NCBI GenBank assembly: GCA_963702475.1
Contig: CAVPCT010000005.1
Coordinates: forward strand, 992,001-1,056,000
DNA from: an uncultured Thermoleophilia bacterium
Lineage (GTDB): Bacteria; Actinomycetota; Thermoleophilia; UBA2241
Direction of reading: 5' to 3'
Length of the DNA stretch: 64,000 nt
Positions 20,401 through 30,421 of the stretch are shown in pieces (positions within the stretch are counted from its first letter, which is position 1; every line of letters starts with the position of its first letter). Under the pieces are notes generated by a model that was not told the DNA's origin, searched no databases, and saw only the letters and a list, made by a program, of their open reading frames with translations. Both the position numbers and the translations under genes were made by a program.

Positions 20401-20701
20401 CGAGCTCCACCGGCAGGCCGTGCGTGTCCCAGCCGGCCTTGCGCGGCACGCGGTAGCCGCGCATGGTCTTGTAGCGTGGGAAGAGGTCCTTGAAGATGCG
20501 CGACACCACGTGGTGCGAACCCGGCTTGCCGTTGGCCGTGGGCGGGCCCTCGTAGAACACGAACACCGGCGCGTCGGCGCGGCCCTCGAGGCTCTTCTCG
20601 AAGATCTGGTGTTCCTTCCAGAACGCCAGGACACGGGCGTCGAGCGCCGGGAAGTCCACGCGCGGGGAGACGTCCTGGAATCGGGGCTTTCTCTGGCTCA
20701 C
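17495..20701 (-). CDS. ileS: Isoleucine--tRNA ligase (type 2, long form)
   Basis: EGPPTANG, GWDTHGLPVE, WTTTPWTL, DQTRGWFY, KMSKS. Confidence 0.98.
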   Translation of the reverse strand: MSQRKPRFQDVSPRVDFPALDARVLAFWKEHQIFEKSLEGRADAPVFVFYEGPPTANGKPGSHHVVSRIFKDLFPRYKTMRGYRVPRKAGWDTHGLPVELEVERRLGIDGKQQIEEYGVAEFNRLCKESVTAYLAEWERFTERIGFWVDLEDAYYTYTNGYIETVWWLLRQIWDKGLLYEGHKVVPYCPRCGTAISSHEVAQGYKDVTEDSIYVRFPLTPEAAQRVTGEPGKGVSLAVWTTTPWTLISNVAAAVHPDVEYALVESRGERFIVARDLVEGVLGKKAVVERELKGAELLGLDYEAPFGFMTPDRRAHFVIGGDYVTTTDGTGIVHTAPAFGEEDMRVGLENDLPVVNAVDLEGRFIAEVTPWAGVWVKDADPAITEDLKQRGLLLGVEPYEHSYPFCWRCDTPLLYYAKETWYIRTTAMKEQLLKANDAVVWHPEHIKTGRFGEWLAGNVDWALSRDRYWGTPLPVWRCEHGHLHCVGSIAELREMAAGPVPDDLELHRPYVDDVVLTCPECGEGMHRVAEVIDAWFDSGSMPFAQWHYPFENEELFRERFPADFIAEAIDQTRGWFYSLLAVATLIEGRSSYKRVLCLGHILDAEGQKMSKSKGNVIQPDDILDHQGADAFRWFMFSSQQPWSPRRFGAEMVDEVVRKFLLTLWNTYSFFTVYANIDGFDPMTEPVPLEERPLMDRWLVGELNCLVLDVTDGLEAYDATGTCRRIQGFVDDLSNWYVRRGRRRFWKSESDADKLAAYQTLYEALVTVTKLLAPFTPFVAEELYQNLVRGADASAPESVHLCAWPVVDEQAIDAGVSFDMAAARRVVEMGRAARNAAAVKTRQPLAEVVVALPQAERDSIERLREVVIDELNVKRLRLAGDESELVAYTVKPNLKVLGPRLGRQLGALQGVLREADTAALVAELRSAGSVTLSAGDGEVSLVEDDLLIETGSPEGYQVESEGGRTVALATTVDEALREEGVARELVHAVQLARKNAGLRIEDTVRLALVVPDGLAGVVERHADALRAETLATELLVGEAAGEHRETARVEGHDVVIGLSVTGTIFSGTPA

Positions 20702-20786
20702 GGGGCTCGCCTTCTGCTGGTCTCTGGCCGGAACGCCGATTTTACCAGACAGTGCCCGGCGGGCCCGGCGCCCGGAGCACGATCGC

Positions 20787-22472
20787 CTATTCGCGCTCCG
20801 CCGCATCGGAGCACGGCCGGCTTTCGCGCTCCAGCGATGCCATGCGCGCCTCTTCCTTGAGCCGCTTGATGTGACCGCGCCCGAGGCCTTTGACCTCGCA
20901 GCCGAGCTCGATGTAGCGCCTGATCCGGTCGTCGCTCAGGATGCCGAAGCAGTCGATCACGGCGATAGGCTTGCCGGCCCAGGCGACGACCTCATCCGCC
21001 GGCAGCTCGAGATACGGCGCGTGCGGGACCGCGAGGATCAGGGCGTCGATCCCCCGCATCGCCTCCTCCAGATCCTTCAGCACGCACAGATCCGTCAGGT
21101 GGTCCTGATTGCGGAAGAAGCGGGCCAGGGAATGCCCCGGAGCCGGGTAGGTGTCCTGCTTCTCGAACTCGTACCAGTGCTCCACGTACGGGTCGTGCAC
21201 GCGCATCTCCGCCCCCATCTCGGTGAGCTTGCGAACGACGATCTCCGAGCCGCTGTAGCGTGTGTCGCCGACATCCTGGCGATAGCTCGCGCCACACAGC
21301 AGTACGTCGGCGCCGGCGATGTAGCACCCCATGTTGCGCAGCGCGTCGCGCGTCAGGGTGGCGACGTGGAGGCCGCGCGTGTCGTTGATGTCGATCGCCT
21401 CCGTGCTCATGCGGAAGACCTGGTCGCCGTCCTCGAAGCCGAGGATGTGCTCGTAGGCCCAGTAGCCGAGACCGCCGTCCTTGGGCAGGCAGTAGCCGCC
21501 GATCCCCGGCCCGGGGAAGATCATGTTGTCGTGCGTCGGCCGCTTCTTGACCGCCGCGACCACCTTGAGGAGGTCGACGCCGTTGCGCTCCGCGAAGATG
21601 CTCCACTCGTTGAGGAACGCGAGGATGGTGGCGCGGTACGAGTTCTCCACGATCTTCGCGGTCTCGGACTCGATCGGCCGGTCCATGACGGTGAGCTCGT
21701 ACTCCTCCGTGTTGAGTACCCCGCGCAGGAAGCCCTCCACCCGTGCGCGGGCCTCCGCGTCGCAGCCGCTGCACACGCGCCAGAAGTCGCGGATGCTGGC
21801 CACGTACTCGCGGCCCGGCATCACGCGCTCGTAGCTGTGGGCGAGCAGCGGCGTGCCGGCCAGGCCGCGGGCGGCGAAGGCCTTCTTCAGGATCGGCCAC
21901 GCGACGAACTCGGTCGTGCCGGGCGCCACCGTGGTCTCGATCAGTACGAGGCAGTGCTCGGGGATCTTCTCGCCGACCGTCCTGAGCGTGGCCTCCAGGG
22001 CGGCCATGTCGGTCTGGCCGCTGCGCATGTTGCCGAGCTCCTGCTTGACGTAGTCGCACTGCACGTCGACGACCACGCAGTCGGCGAGCTTCAGGCAGTC
22101 GCTGTCGAAGGTCGCCGTGAGCGTCTGCTTCTCCAGCACGCAGCGCGCGATGATGGCGTCTACCTCAGGGTCCTCCGCCTTGATCGGCGAGACGCCCTGG
22201 TTGAGCATCCCGATCTTCCAGTAGCTGCGCGGGCTGGGACGCTGGCAGCCGATGACGAACCGGGCCGGTCTGCCCTCGTCGTCCGTGGAGTCGGCGACGA
22301 TGGCGGCCATCACCGCTCCCACGAAGCCGAGCCCCATGACGACCACGACCTCCTTGCCCTCACGGCGAGCCCGCGCGGCAAGGCCACTCAGGCGGCGGTA
22401 CTCGGCCGCGTAGTCTTCCTTCGCGGGCAGCGGTATCTCCTCACCGCTGGGGCTCACTGAGCACTCGGTCAT
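20787..22472 (-). CDS. Nucleotide-sugar dehydrogenase (UDP-glucose/GDP-mannose dehydrogenase family)
   Basis: GLGFVG, ETTVAPGTT, ERVMPG, KIVENSYR, GPGIGGYCLPKDG. Confidence 0.93.
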   Translation of the reverse strand: MTECSVSPSGEEIPLPAKEDYAAEYRRLSGLAARARREGKEVVVVMGLGFVGAVMAAIVADSTDDEGRPARFVIGCQRPSPRSYWKIGMLNQGVSPIKAEDPEVDAIIARCVLEKQTLTATFDSDCLKLADCVVVDVQCDYVKQELGNMRSGQTDMAALEATLRTVGEKIPEHCLVLIETTVAPGTTEFVAWPILKKAFAARGLAGTPLLAHSYERVMPGREYVASIRDFWRVCSGCDAEARARVEGFLRGVLNTEEYELTVMDRPIESETAKIVENSYRATILAFLNEWSIFAERNGVDLLKVVAAVKKRPTHDNMIFPGPGIGGYCLPKDGGLGYWAYEHILGFEDGDQVFRMSTEAIDINDTRGLHVATLTRDALRNMGCYIAGADVLLCGASYRQDVGDTRYSGSEIVVRKLTEMGAEMRVHDPYVEHWYEFEKQDTYPAPGHSLARFFRNQDHLTDLCVLKDLEEAMRGIDALILAVPHAPYLELPADEVVAWAGKPIAVIDCFGILSDDRIRRYIELGCEVKGLGRGHIKRLKEEARMASLERESRPCSDAAERE

Positions 22473-22687
22473 CGCCTGGCCCCTCTCTTGCGTACCACAG
22501 CTGTTCTGCGGCGGCCCCCGTAGAGCGGCCGCCGCACGTGCCGCCATTATGGGGCAGGAAGAGGCCGAGCTGCTACGCGCGCCGTGCTCACCCGGTGCGC
22601 GTAGCAGCGAACGACGTCGCCACGCCGCCCCCACCCCGCGCCGCAGGCCCGCGCCGGCCGCGCCGGGGCCTCGTGTACACTCCCTGC

Positions 22688-23350
22688 ATGCTCGCGTTCC
22701 TCGACTACGACGGCACCCTGACCACGCATGAGTGCAACGAGATCGCGCTGCAGCGCTTCGCAGGCGACGCCTGGCGGCCCATCGAGGAGGAGCTCAAGGC
22801 CGACCGGCTCAGCCACGCCCACGGCTTCGACCTGCAGATCGGCCTGGTGCAGGCGCCGCGCGCGGAGTTCCTCGGCACGCTCGTGGACGCCGCCGTGCTC
22901 TCGCCCGGCCTCCACGAGTTCCTCGACGAGCTGCAGCGGCGCGGCGGACGAGCCGTCCTCGTGAGCGCCGGCCTGCGCGAGGCCATCGAGGCGGTCTGGC
23001 GCCGCGAAGGCCTGCCGCCCGTCGACCTGTACGCCAGCGAGCTGGTCGGCGAGGGCCCGGACGGCGGACCCCCCTACCACCTCGCGTTCAACCCCGCGCT
23101 GGGCGACTGCCCGCGCTGCGGGCCGGGCCTCTGCAAGGGCGCGCTGCTGCGCGCACTGCGGCGGCCCGGCGAGACCGTGCTGGTGTTCGGCGACGGCGCC
23201 AGCGACGTGTGCCCGGCGCGGGAGGCCGATCTCACGTTCGCGCGCGACCACCTCGCGGAGCGCTGCGCGGCCGAAGGCCTCCCCTGGCGGCCCCTGCCCG
23301 ACTTCAGGCACGTGTGGGACGAGGTCGACGCGTGGCTGACAAGCCGCTGA
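22688..23350 (+). CDS. HAD-IB phosphatase (MtnX-like)
   Basis: FLDYDGTLT, LVSAG, CKG, FGDGASDVCPA. Confidence 0.88.
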   Translation: MLAFLDYDGTLTTHECNEIALQRFAGDAWRPIEEELKADRLSHAHGFDLQIGLVQAPRAEFLGTLVDAAVLSPGLHEFLDELQRRGGRAVLVSAGLREAIEAVWRREGLPPVDLYASELVGEGPDGGPPYHLAFNPALGDCPRCGPGLCKGALLRALRRPGETVLVFGDGASDVCPAREADLTFARDHLAERCAAEGLPWRPLPDFRHVWDEVDAWLTSR

Positions 23351-24717
23351 AGGCGACCGCCGGCCCGCCGCGCCGCGGCGGCGCGGCGTCCCCGGCCGGC
23401 GCGGCCGCAGGCCCCCGCCGGCCGGCCGGCGAGACCGCCCTCATCGTAGCATCCGCCGTGTCCCTGCAGGCGCTCGTCTGGGCGCTGCTGATCGTCGTGT
23501 TCTCGCAGCTGCGCCTCGGCTACGGCTTCCACGACCTCTCGGACACGTTGTGGTACCTGCACTACAAGGACCTCATCGACCAGGGCCAGCGCATCTACCG
23601 CGACTTCGCCTTCGAGTACCCGCCGCTGGCGATACCGCTGCTCCTGCTGCCGCCGAGCTCGAGCGTTGCCGCCTACGAGCTCTGGTTCGGTGCCGAGATG
23701 ATGGTCCTGTGCACCGCGGCGGCGGGGCTCACGGCGGCCGCCGCGGCCCGGTTCTGGACCGGTCTGACGCGCCCGTTCCTGGCCGGCGTCGCCTTCGCCG
23801 TGGCCGTGGCCGCCGGCGGCGCCATCACGGCGAACCGCTACGACGTAGCCGTGGCCCTCACCCTGGCCGCCTGCATGCTGTTACTCGCCCATAGGCGGCC
23901 GGCCGCGGCGGCAGGCGCTCTCGGCGCCGGCGTGGCACTCAAGCTGACGCCGGCCATGCTGCTGCCGCTCGTGCTCATCCTCGCCGAGGGTCGCCGCAGG
24001 ATCGTCTGGGCGCTCGTCGCGTTCGTCGTCCTCGCCGCGGCGCCGTTCCTGCCGTTCCTCGGCGCCCCTCAGCTCTCCACCGTCGTGACCTTCCACGCCG
24101 AGCGGCCGCTGCAGGTGGAGAGCGTGCCCGGCACCGCCTTTCTCATCGCCGGCGCCCTGGGCTCCCCCAGGGTGAGCACCGGCAACTCCTACGGCTCCCA
24201 GTTCCTCTCCGCCCCGGGCAGCACGATCGTCTCGGCCGTCTCGCCCTGGCTGGGCGTACTCGTCGTGGCGGGGATCTACGTGCTGGTCTGGCGCCGCCGG
24301 GCGTTGCTGCGGGCGGCGCCCCAGTACGTCCCGCTCGCCGCCCTGGCCTGCGTCCTTGCCTTCACCGTCTTCAACAAGGTGCTCTCGCCGCAGTTCCTCG
24401 TCTGGACGTTCCCGCTCGTGGCCCTCGTGGTCGTCGGAGAGGGGCGCGGCCAGCGCCTCTGCGGCGTCCTGACCCTGCTGGCGATCGCGCTGACCCAGGT
24501 CGAGTTCCCGGCGCGCTACTGGGCCGTCGTCGACCTGGAGCCCCGCGCGGTGGCGGTCGTCGTGGTCCGCAACCTCGTCCTGGCGGCGGCGACGCTCGCG
24601 GCCGTCGACGCTCTCTGGCGCCTGCCGGCTGAGCCGCCTGAGCCGGAACGCGCGCTATCGCAGGGCGCCCCTCGCGCGGCCGGCGGCGCGGTTTCTGAGG
24701 CGCCGCCGGTCGCGTAA
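23332..24717 (+). CDS. GT-C membrane glycosyltransferase (GT87-like)
   Basis: YRDFAFEYPPLA, RYD, KLTP, RPLQVES, NKVLSPQF; start approximate. Confidence 0.85.
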   Translation: MADKPLKATAGPPRRGGAASPAGAAAGPRRPAGETALIVASAVSLQALVWALLIVVFSQLRLGYGFHDLSDTLWYLHYKDLIDQGQRIYRDFAFEYPPLAIPLLLLPPSSSVAAYELWFGAEMMVLCTAAAGLTAAAAARFWTGLTRPFLAGVAFAVAVAAGGAITANRYDVAVALTLAACMLLLAHRRPAAAAGALGAGVALKLTPAMLLPLVLILAEGRRRIVWALVAFVVLAAAPFLPFLGAPQLSTVVTFHAERPLQVESVPGTAFLIAGALGSPRVSTGNSYGSQFLSAPGSTIVSAVSPWLGVLVVAGIYVLVWRRRALLRAAPQYVPLAALACVLAFTVFNKVLSPQFLVWTFPLVALVVVGEGRGQRLCGVLTLLAIALTQVEFPARYWAVVDLEPRAVAVVVVRNLVLAAATLAAVDALWRLPAEPPEPERALSQGAPRAAGGAVSEAPPVA

Positions 24718-24792
24718 GATTGCTGCGGCCTTCAGGCGCGGCCGGCGGAGCGCCGCCGCGCCCTTCTCATGCCCACCGGGCGCAGAGGACGC

Positions 24793-25278
24793 GTGGACAC
24801 CAGACTCAAGGGCAACCTCATCCAGTTCGTCAAGTTCTGCGTCGTCGGCGGCAGCGGGGTCGTCGTCAACCTCCTTGTGTTCACCGCGGTCCTGCTGGTC
24901 TGGCGGGCCGCGGCCGGGCACCTCGCCACCGCGGCAGAGCTCACGGACTCGGTGCGCGGGTTCATCTTCGAGAAAGACACGACGGGCGTACCCACGGCGG
25001 CGGTGTACGTCGCCAACGCCGCCGGCTTCGTCGTCTCGGTGCTGACCAACTACTACCTGAACCGCCGCTGGACGTTCCGCTCCAGCGCGGCGGTAGGGGT
25101 GGAGCTCGGCAAGTTCTTCGTCGTCAGCATCGTCGCGTACCTGGCCAACCTCGCCGTCTTCTCGGCCCTGCACTCGCTCGCGCACGTGGCCCCCATCCCC
25201 AGCCAGCTCATCGCCATCGCCTGCGTCATGCCGGTCAACTTCGTGTTCAACAAGCTGTGGAGCTTCCGCGCCGCGTGA
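24793..25278 (+). CDS. GtrA family polyprenol-phosphate-sugar flippase
   Basis: QFVKFCVVGGSGVVVN, NYYLNRRWTF, NFVFNKLWSF. Confidence 0.92.
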   Translation: MDTRLKGNLIQFVKFCVVGGSGVVVNLLVFTAVLLVWRAAAGHLATAAELTDSVRGFIFEKDTTGVPTAAVYVANAAGFVVSVLTNYYLNRRWTFRSSAAVGVELGKFFVVSIVAYLANLAVFSALHSLAHVAPIPSQLIAIACVMPVNFVFNKLWSFRAA

Positions 25279-26585
25279 CCGCGCCCGGCGCCCGCAGCCA
25301 GACCCACCATGTGAGCGTGCCGGGCGCGCTCCTGGTGACGCTGGTCCTCACGACGCTCGTGCTGGTCGTGCTCCTCCCGCGGCTCTGGTACCGGCTGCAC
25401 GACGTCTCCGACATCACGGTGTACTTCGACTACGCCCAGCGCATCGCCAGCGGGGAGCGGCCATTCACCCCATCGTTCCCGATCGAGTACCCGCCGCTGG
25501 CGGTGCCGCTGTTCCGCCTCCCGGGGTACACTGCCGACGCCGCTGCCTACACCCACTGGTTCACGATCGACATGGGCGTGATCACGCTGCTCACGGCGGC
25601 GCTCACCGCGTTCGTCGCCTGCCGCCTGTGGCCGCTCGGCGGAAGGGCCTACGTGGCCGCCGTCCTCTTCCCCGTCTCCGTGGCCCTCATCGGCGCCATC
25701 ATCGTCAACCGCTACGACGTAGCCGTGGCGCTGCTCATCGCGGCGTTCCTGCTGTGCATCGTGAACCGCTGGTACGCGGCGGCGGCGTTCGTGCTCGGCC
25801 TCGGCTACGCCCTGAAGTTCACGCCCGCCGCGATGCTGCCGCTGGTGCTGCTCCTGTACGACAGTCCGCGGCGCTGGGTGTGGCCGGTCGTCGCCTTCGC
25901 GGCAGCTGCGGCGGCGCCGTTCGTGCCCTACCTGGTCTCGTCGCCGCGTGGCATCTGGTACGTGTTCCAGTACCACCTGGAGCGCCCCCTGCAGATAGAG
26001 AGCGTGCTGGGAACGCCGATGCTGTTCCTCAAGCTCACCGGACTCATGGAGGCGACCTGGGGCCACAGCCACGGCTCGCACATCCTGGCGGCCCGGGGCG
26101 CCGGCCTGGCCGCCGACCTCTCGGGGCCGCTCACGGTGCTCGCCGTGATCGGCGTGTACCTGCTGCTTTGGCGGCGGCGCGAGCGCCTGCGTGTCTCGCC
26201 GCCCGACGTCGCCGTGGCCGTCCTCGCCCTCATCCTGGCGCTGATGACGTTCGGCAAGGTGCTCTCGCCGCAGTACTTCATCTGGATCCTGCCGGCGTGG
26301 GCCCTGGTGGCCGCCCGCGACAAGTGGATCGCGCTGGCGGGCGGCCTGACCCTGCTGCTCACCGGCATCGAGTTCCCGGCCCTGTACTGGCGCATGCTCG
26401 ACATGCAGCCCGAGTCGGTGGCCGTGCTGGTGGCGCGCAACACGGCCCTCGTCGTGACCTTCGCGCTCGCCTGCGTGCGGCTGTGGGGGCTGCCGGAAGG
26501 GCGGGAGGGCCTGTTGACAATGCTGCCTGGCAGGGCAGGCGCAGGTGCTATCGCGACATCTCGCTCGCCGCTGAGGTCGCCATGA
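25275..26585 (+). CDS. Second GT87-like GT-C glycosyltransferase
   Basis: FPIEYPPLA, NRYD, KFTP, RPLQIES, GKVLSPQY; clear paralogue of 23332-24717. Confidence 0.85.
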   Translation: MTAPGARSQTHHVSVPGALLVTLVLTTLVLVVLLPRLWYRLHDVSDITVYFDYAQRIASGERPFTPSFPIEYPPLAVPLFRLPGYTADAAAYTHWFTIDMGVITLLTAALTAFVACRLWPLGGRAYVAAVLFPVSVALIGAIIVNRYDVAVALLIAAFLLCIVNRWYAAAAFVLGLGYALKFTPAAMLPLVLLLYDSPRRWVWPVVAFAAAAAAPFVPYLVSSPRGIWYVFQYHLERPLQIESVLGTPMLFLKLTGLMEATWGHSHGSHILAARGAGLAADLSGPLTVLAVIGVYLLLWRRRERLRVSPPDVAVAVLALILALMTFGKVLSPQYFIWILPAWALVAARDKWIALAGGLTLLLTGIEFPALYWRMLDMQPESVAVLVARNTALVVTFALACVRLWGLPEGREGLLTMLPGRAGAGAIATSRSPLRSP

Positions 26586-26768
26586 CAACCATGACAAACC
26601 CATGCCTGCGTGCTGTCCGGCATCACCCGCCGAGACGAGTCATGGAACTCGTCGAGGATCGAAGCAGAGCAACCGCCATAGGTGTGCGCCGACGCCGTTG
26701 GCTGGCTGTGCTAGCCGGTCGTCGTTGACGACCGCGCCGATGACTTGACTGCCGACCAGCATGGCGAT

Positions 26769-29700
26769 TCAGACGCCGGTCGGCACCAGCCGTATCCAAG
26801 CCCAGCCGAAGACCGAGTAGCTGCCGCTCAGCAGGTCGGCGTCCTGTGCGTACAGTGAGAAGGTGCCGTCGCTGACGGTCACCGAGCCGAGGCGGTACTC
26901 GGTGTGCTCGGTCGCCCCGCCGCTGCCGCCGACGGTGTCGATGGAGTAGAGCTTCGTCGCACTCGCCGAGTAGCCCCAGTAGTAGCGCATGTTGCGCCCG
27001 GTCCTCTGGGTGTAGAGGTTGGCGTACACGTCGTAGGTGCCGTTGGCGAGGCCTGAGGTGAAGAAGCGCATCGCCGGCAGCGCGTATCTCTCGTATTCGT
27101 TCGCGCCCGCCAAGACCGTCGGGAAGGGGCGCCCGGCGGTGTAGAGGAACTCGGTCCAGCGACCGTCCGACAGGTTGATGGCGGAGGTGCTCGTGGTGGT
27201 CGCCAGCACGGGGCTCTGGTGGGCGTCGTCCCAACAGTTGACGGTGACAGAGACCGGGGGGGCGGCGTCATCGTCGACGATGGTGCCGGTTGCCTGGCCG
27301 TCGGCGATGGTCGCGTTCACAGCGCCGGAGAGGCCGACGGTGAAAGTCTCGTTGGGCTCGACGAGCGTGTCTCCGGTGACCGGGACGCTCACTGTCTGCG
27401 TGATCACGCCGGCGTCGAAGGTGAGGGTGCCCGACCTGGCGGTGTAGTCGCTGCCCGCGACGGCCGTGCCGTTCGCGGTGGCGTAGGCGACGCTGACCGG
27501 CAGGCCGCTGGCCGCCGAGAGGGAGACCGTGAAGACAGCGTTGCTCGTGCCGGTGTTGCCCTCGGTCGCTGTGACGTCGTCGATGGTGAGGCCGGGGACA
27601 GTCTGAGGCGCGGAGGTCGTGAAGGTGGCGTCCGGCGAGTACGCGATGTTCCCGGCAGCGTCTCGACTCGCCACCCGGTAGTGATACTCAGTCGAGGGAG
27701 CCAGGCCGGAGATCACCTGCCGGTGACTGGTTGCCAGGGACTGGTCCAGTGACGTGCTGAGCCCATAGGCACCAGTTGTCCCGTATTCGACTTGCGACGT
27801 GGCTCCCTCGTCCGACGTCCACGAGACCGTCGCGCTAGCGGCGTCGATTTCGCTCACCGTGACGTTCGTGATGATCGGCGGGTCGGCATCGCCGGAAGTA
27901 CCGAGGGACGTCACCACCTCGGTCGAGCCGCTGAAGGCAGGCACATCGACGCGGTTCTCGTCGATGTGATCGCCGGTTGCCGTGAACACCGAGAAGGAGG
28001 TGGGGACGTCGGCGCTACCGATCAAGGTCGTCGTGGCGACACCGGTCTCTGTGTCGAAGGTCGCCCCCGAGATGCTCGACAGGGAGAGCGCCCTCACGTA
28101 GTGACACGCCCCATCCATCGTCATCGATAGAGGGCGATAGTCGGCGATCCCAACGCTGACTCCCTGCATGATGGCACGCCAGTTGCTATCGGATATGCCA
28201 CGTATGTAGTACTCGTGCGTGAAGAGCGTCGCCAGCACGCGGCTGGCGAAGGCACGCTCGAGTTGCCGCACCCCGTGGCCGATCGTGGCGGCCACATCGT
28301 TGTTCGGGGACCATTCGTAGCCGTTCTCGTCGCGGATCTCAGTGACACAGTTGAAGAAGAGACTGCCAAGGTCCGGCCTCCCCGGAACGACCAGAGGGTC
28401 CGCGTAGTACACCGGCACAGTCGAGTTGCTCAGGCCGCCTTCGTAGCGACGATACGGTCCGTTCCGCAGCCATTGAGAGCCGTACCGGGTGCCCGGCGTC
28501 ATGTGGGTCCCCACGAATTCCACGCCCCAGGCCCGAAGCCCGTCGAACACGTTGGTGCCAAACTCATAGTAGTGGGGCACGACGAACCGGGCGATGGGGA
28601 TGTCGTGCGCCTGGTGCCACTGACTGCCCTGAGAGAAGTTGGCCGCGACGACGCTGTCCGAGTAGCTGGTGCCGTTCGCGCGATCGAAGTAGAAGCTCCT
28701 CCCGGTCGAGCCTTCATCGCTGAACGCATGGATCGAGGCGGTAGCCAGACCCGCTTTGGTCAGCCCCGACAGATCGGCGGCATTCGTCTCTGAGACCTGC
28801 TCGAAGAAGAGGCCGACCCACGGTTTGAAGCCGAAGTCGTTTGCCGTGTGGATCCATGCGAAGGGACCCTTGCCATCGTCGGCTCGCATTGTGACGATGG
28901 GTGGGAGCACCTGCATCACGAACGGCTTGCGGGCCGCCCACACCATGCTGCGCCACACAAGGTCGTCGAGGCCGTGGACCGGACCCAGCACCGAGTGGGA
29001 CATCCAGTCGTAGGAGCCCCACTGCACCCCGCGTCCCTGGCCGTAGGTCGTCGTGGCGACGAACGGCTGGTCGCCCGTGACAGCCACCGCCTGGACGGCA
29101 GCGGGCAGGGTGACCCCAGCCAGCCGCATGCTCCCGGTGCTCACCGATCCGCCTGCGTCGTGGAGCGCCGTGATGTAGTGGGTCGTGGTAGGCGGAGCAT
29201 CGACGTGGGGCACGAGTCTGATCCATGCCCATCCGAAGAAGCGATATGAGCCACTGAGCAGATCGGCGTCCTGGGCGTAAAGTGAGAAGTTGCCGTCCGC
29301 GATCGTGACGGACCCCAGGCGGTACTCGGTGAACTGGGCCGTGCCTCCGGTGCCCCCGACGGTATCCACGTAGAACTGCTTCGTCGCGCTCGGAGAGTAG
29401 CCGAAGTAGTAGCGCATGTTGCGCCCGAGTACCTGTGTATACAGATTCGCGTAGACGTCTGTACGTTCCGTTGCTGATCCCGTTCGCGTAGAAGCGCATA
29501 GCCGGCAAACTGTAGGATTCGTACTCATTCGCGGCGGCGAACACAGCCGGATAGTTGCGCGCAGAGCGGTAGAGGAACTCGGTCCATCTGCCGTCGGTGG
29601 CCACCAGATTGCCCACCGATTCCGTCGTGGCCAGCACCGGGTCCTGATGAGCGTCGTCCCAGCAGTCGATCCTGGTCTCAGTGGGTGCACTACCGCCCCC

Positions 29701-30195
29701 GCCACCCGACGAGGAGAACTGCACGCCCGTCCCTGCGGACGAGCCGCCACGCCCGAAGCCGAAGATCGTCTGCAGGACGGGGTAGCGCGGGGAGCCGGCG
29801 TCAGTCCACAGGTCGTTGTCGAAGTTGACCATGCCGGTCCCGCCGGCTACGGCCGCCGAGACAGCGTTCTGCTCCGTCGTATCGAAATACGTCCCAGAGC
29901 GATCGAGTCCCCGGTGACCGATGACTATCAGGCTGTAGTCCCCGACGTCGCCCGGCACCTGCTGGGTGGCAATGTCCACAACTGTGATGGGCACGCCGAA
30001 GTTCTCGAGGTACGGCTGGATGTAGCGGGTGAAGTCCGGATGGCCCTCGCTCGAGGAATTCACCAGGACCAGCGCATCCGTGCGCAGCGGGTTCGCTGCC
30101 AAAACAGGCGTAGCTGTGCCGAGACCCAGCACGACAGTGGACAGCAGAACCCAGCCGACAAACAGGAGCGTTCTGTAGGTGCGACGGCTGCTCAT
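26769..30195 (-). CDS. Large secreted modular protein: signal peptide, CWDDAHQ domain, CE4-like barrel, FN3, Calx-beta, second CWDDAHQ domain (frameshift near 29460)
   Basis: ORFs 28714..30252 (N-terminus MSSRRTYRTLLF...VLA) and 26769..29750 join at NGTY/DVYANLY; FN3 WTSDEGATSQVEYG; Calx-beta TANGTAVAGSDY...DTLVEPNETF. Confidence 0.8.
26782..27252 (-). repeat. Copy A of a 471-bp direct repeat (domain-coding)
   Basis: Matches 49517-49987 with one synonymous mismatch (26799 A vs 49534 G) by manual alignment. Confidence 0.95.
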
Positions 30196-30421
30196 GGCAC
30201 CCCTTCCGCAAGACTGACCCCGTGGTTGACCCGACGCCCTTGCGCCGCGCAATGACGGCCGAACGCACGGTTCGCGATGGTCTTATACCACCCTGGCCGA
30301 ACTGTACGCCATTGGGGCGTCGAGGCCAGCACCACTTCCACCTACCCCGCCCTCGGTTGTCAGGACTGGCTACAGAAGTTGTCGCAAGAGGGAGCGGGCG
30401 GGCGTGAGATACTATCGTGTC

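Noticed and set aside
20701-20790. T-box riboswitch upstream of ileS
   Set aside because: Only ~85 bp of intergenic space, with a -10 (TAAAAT) about 35 nt before the start; no T-box motif seen.
26500-26770. tRNA or att site and integrase at the island boundary
   Set aside because: No tRNA fold, integrase or matching direct repeat found in the window; only a short CATGACAA repeat at 26581-26597.
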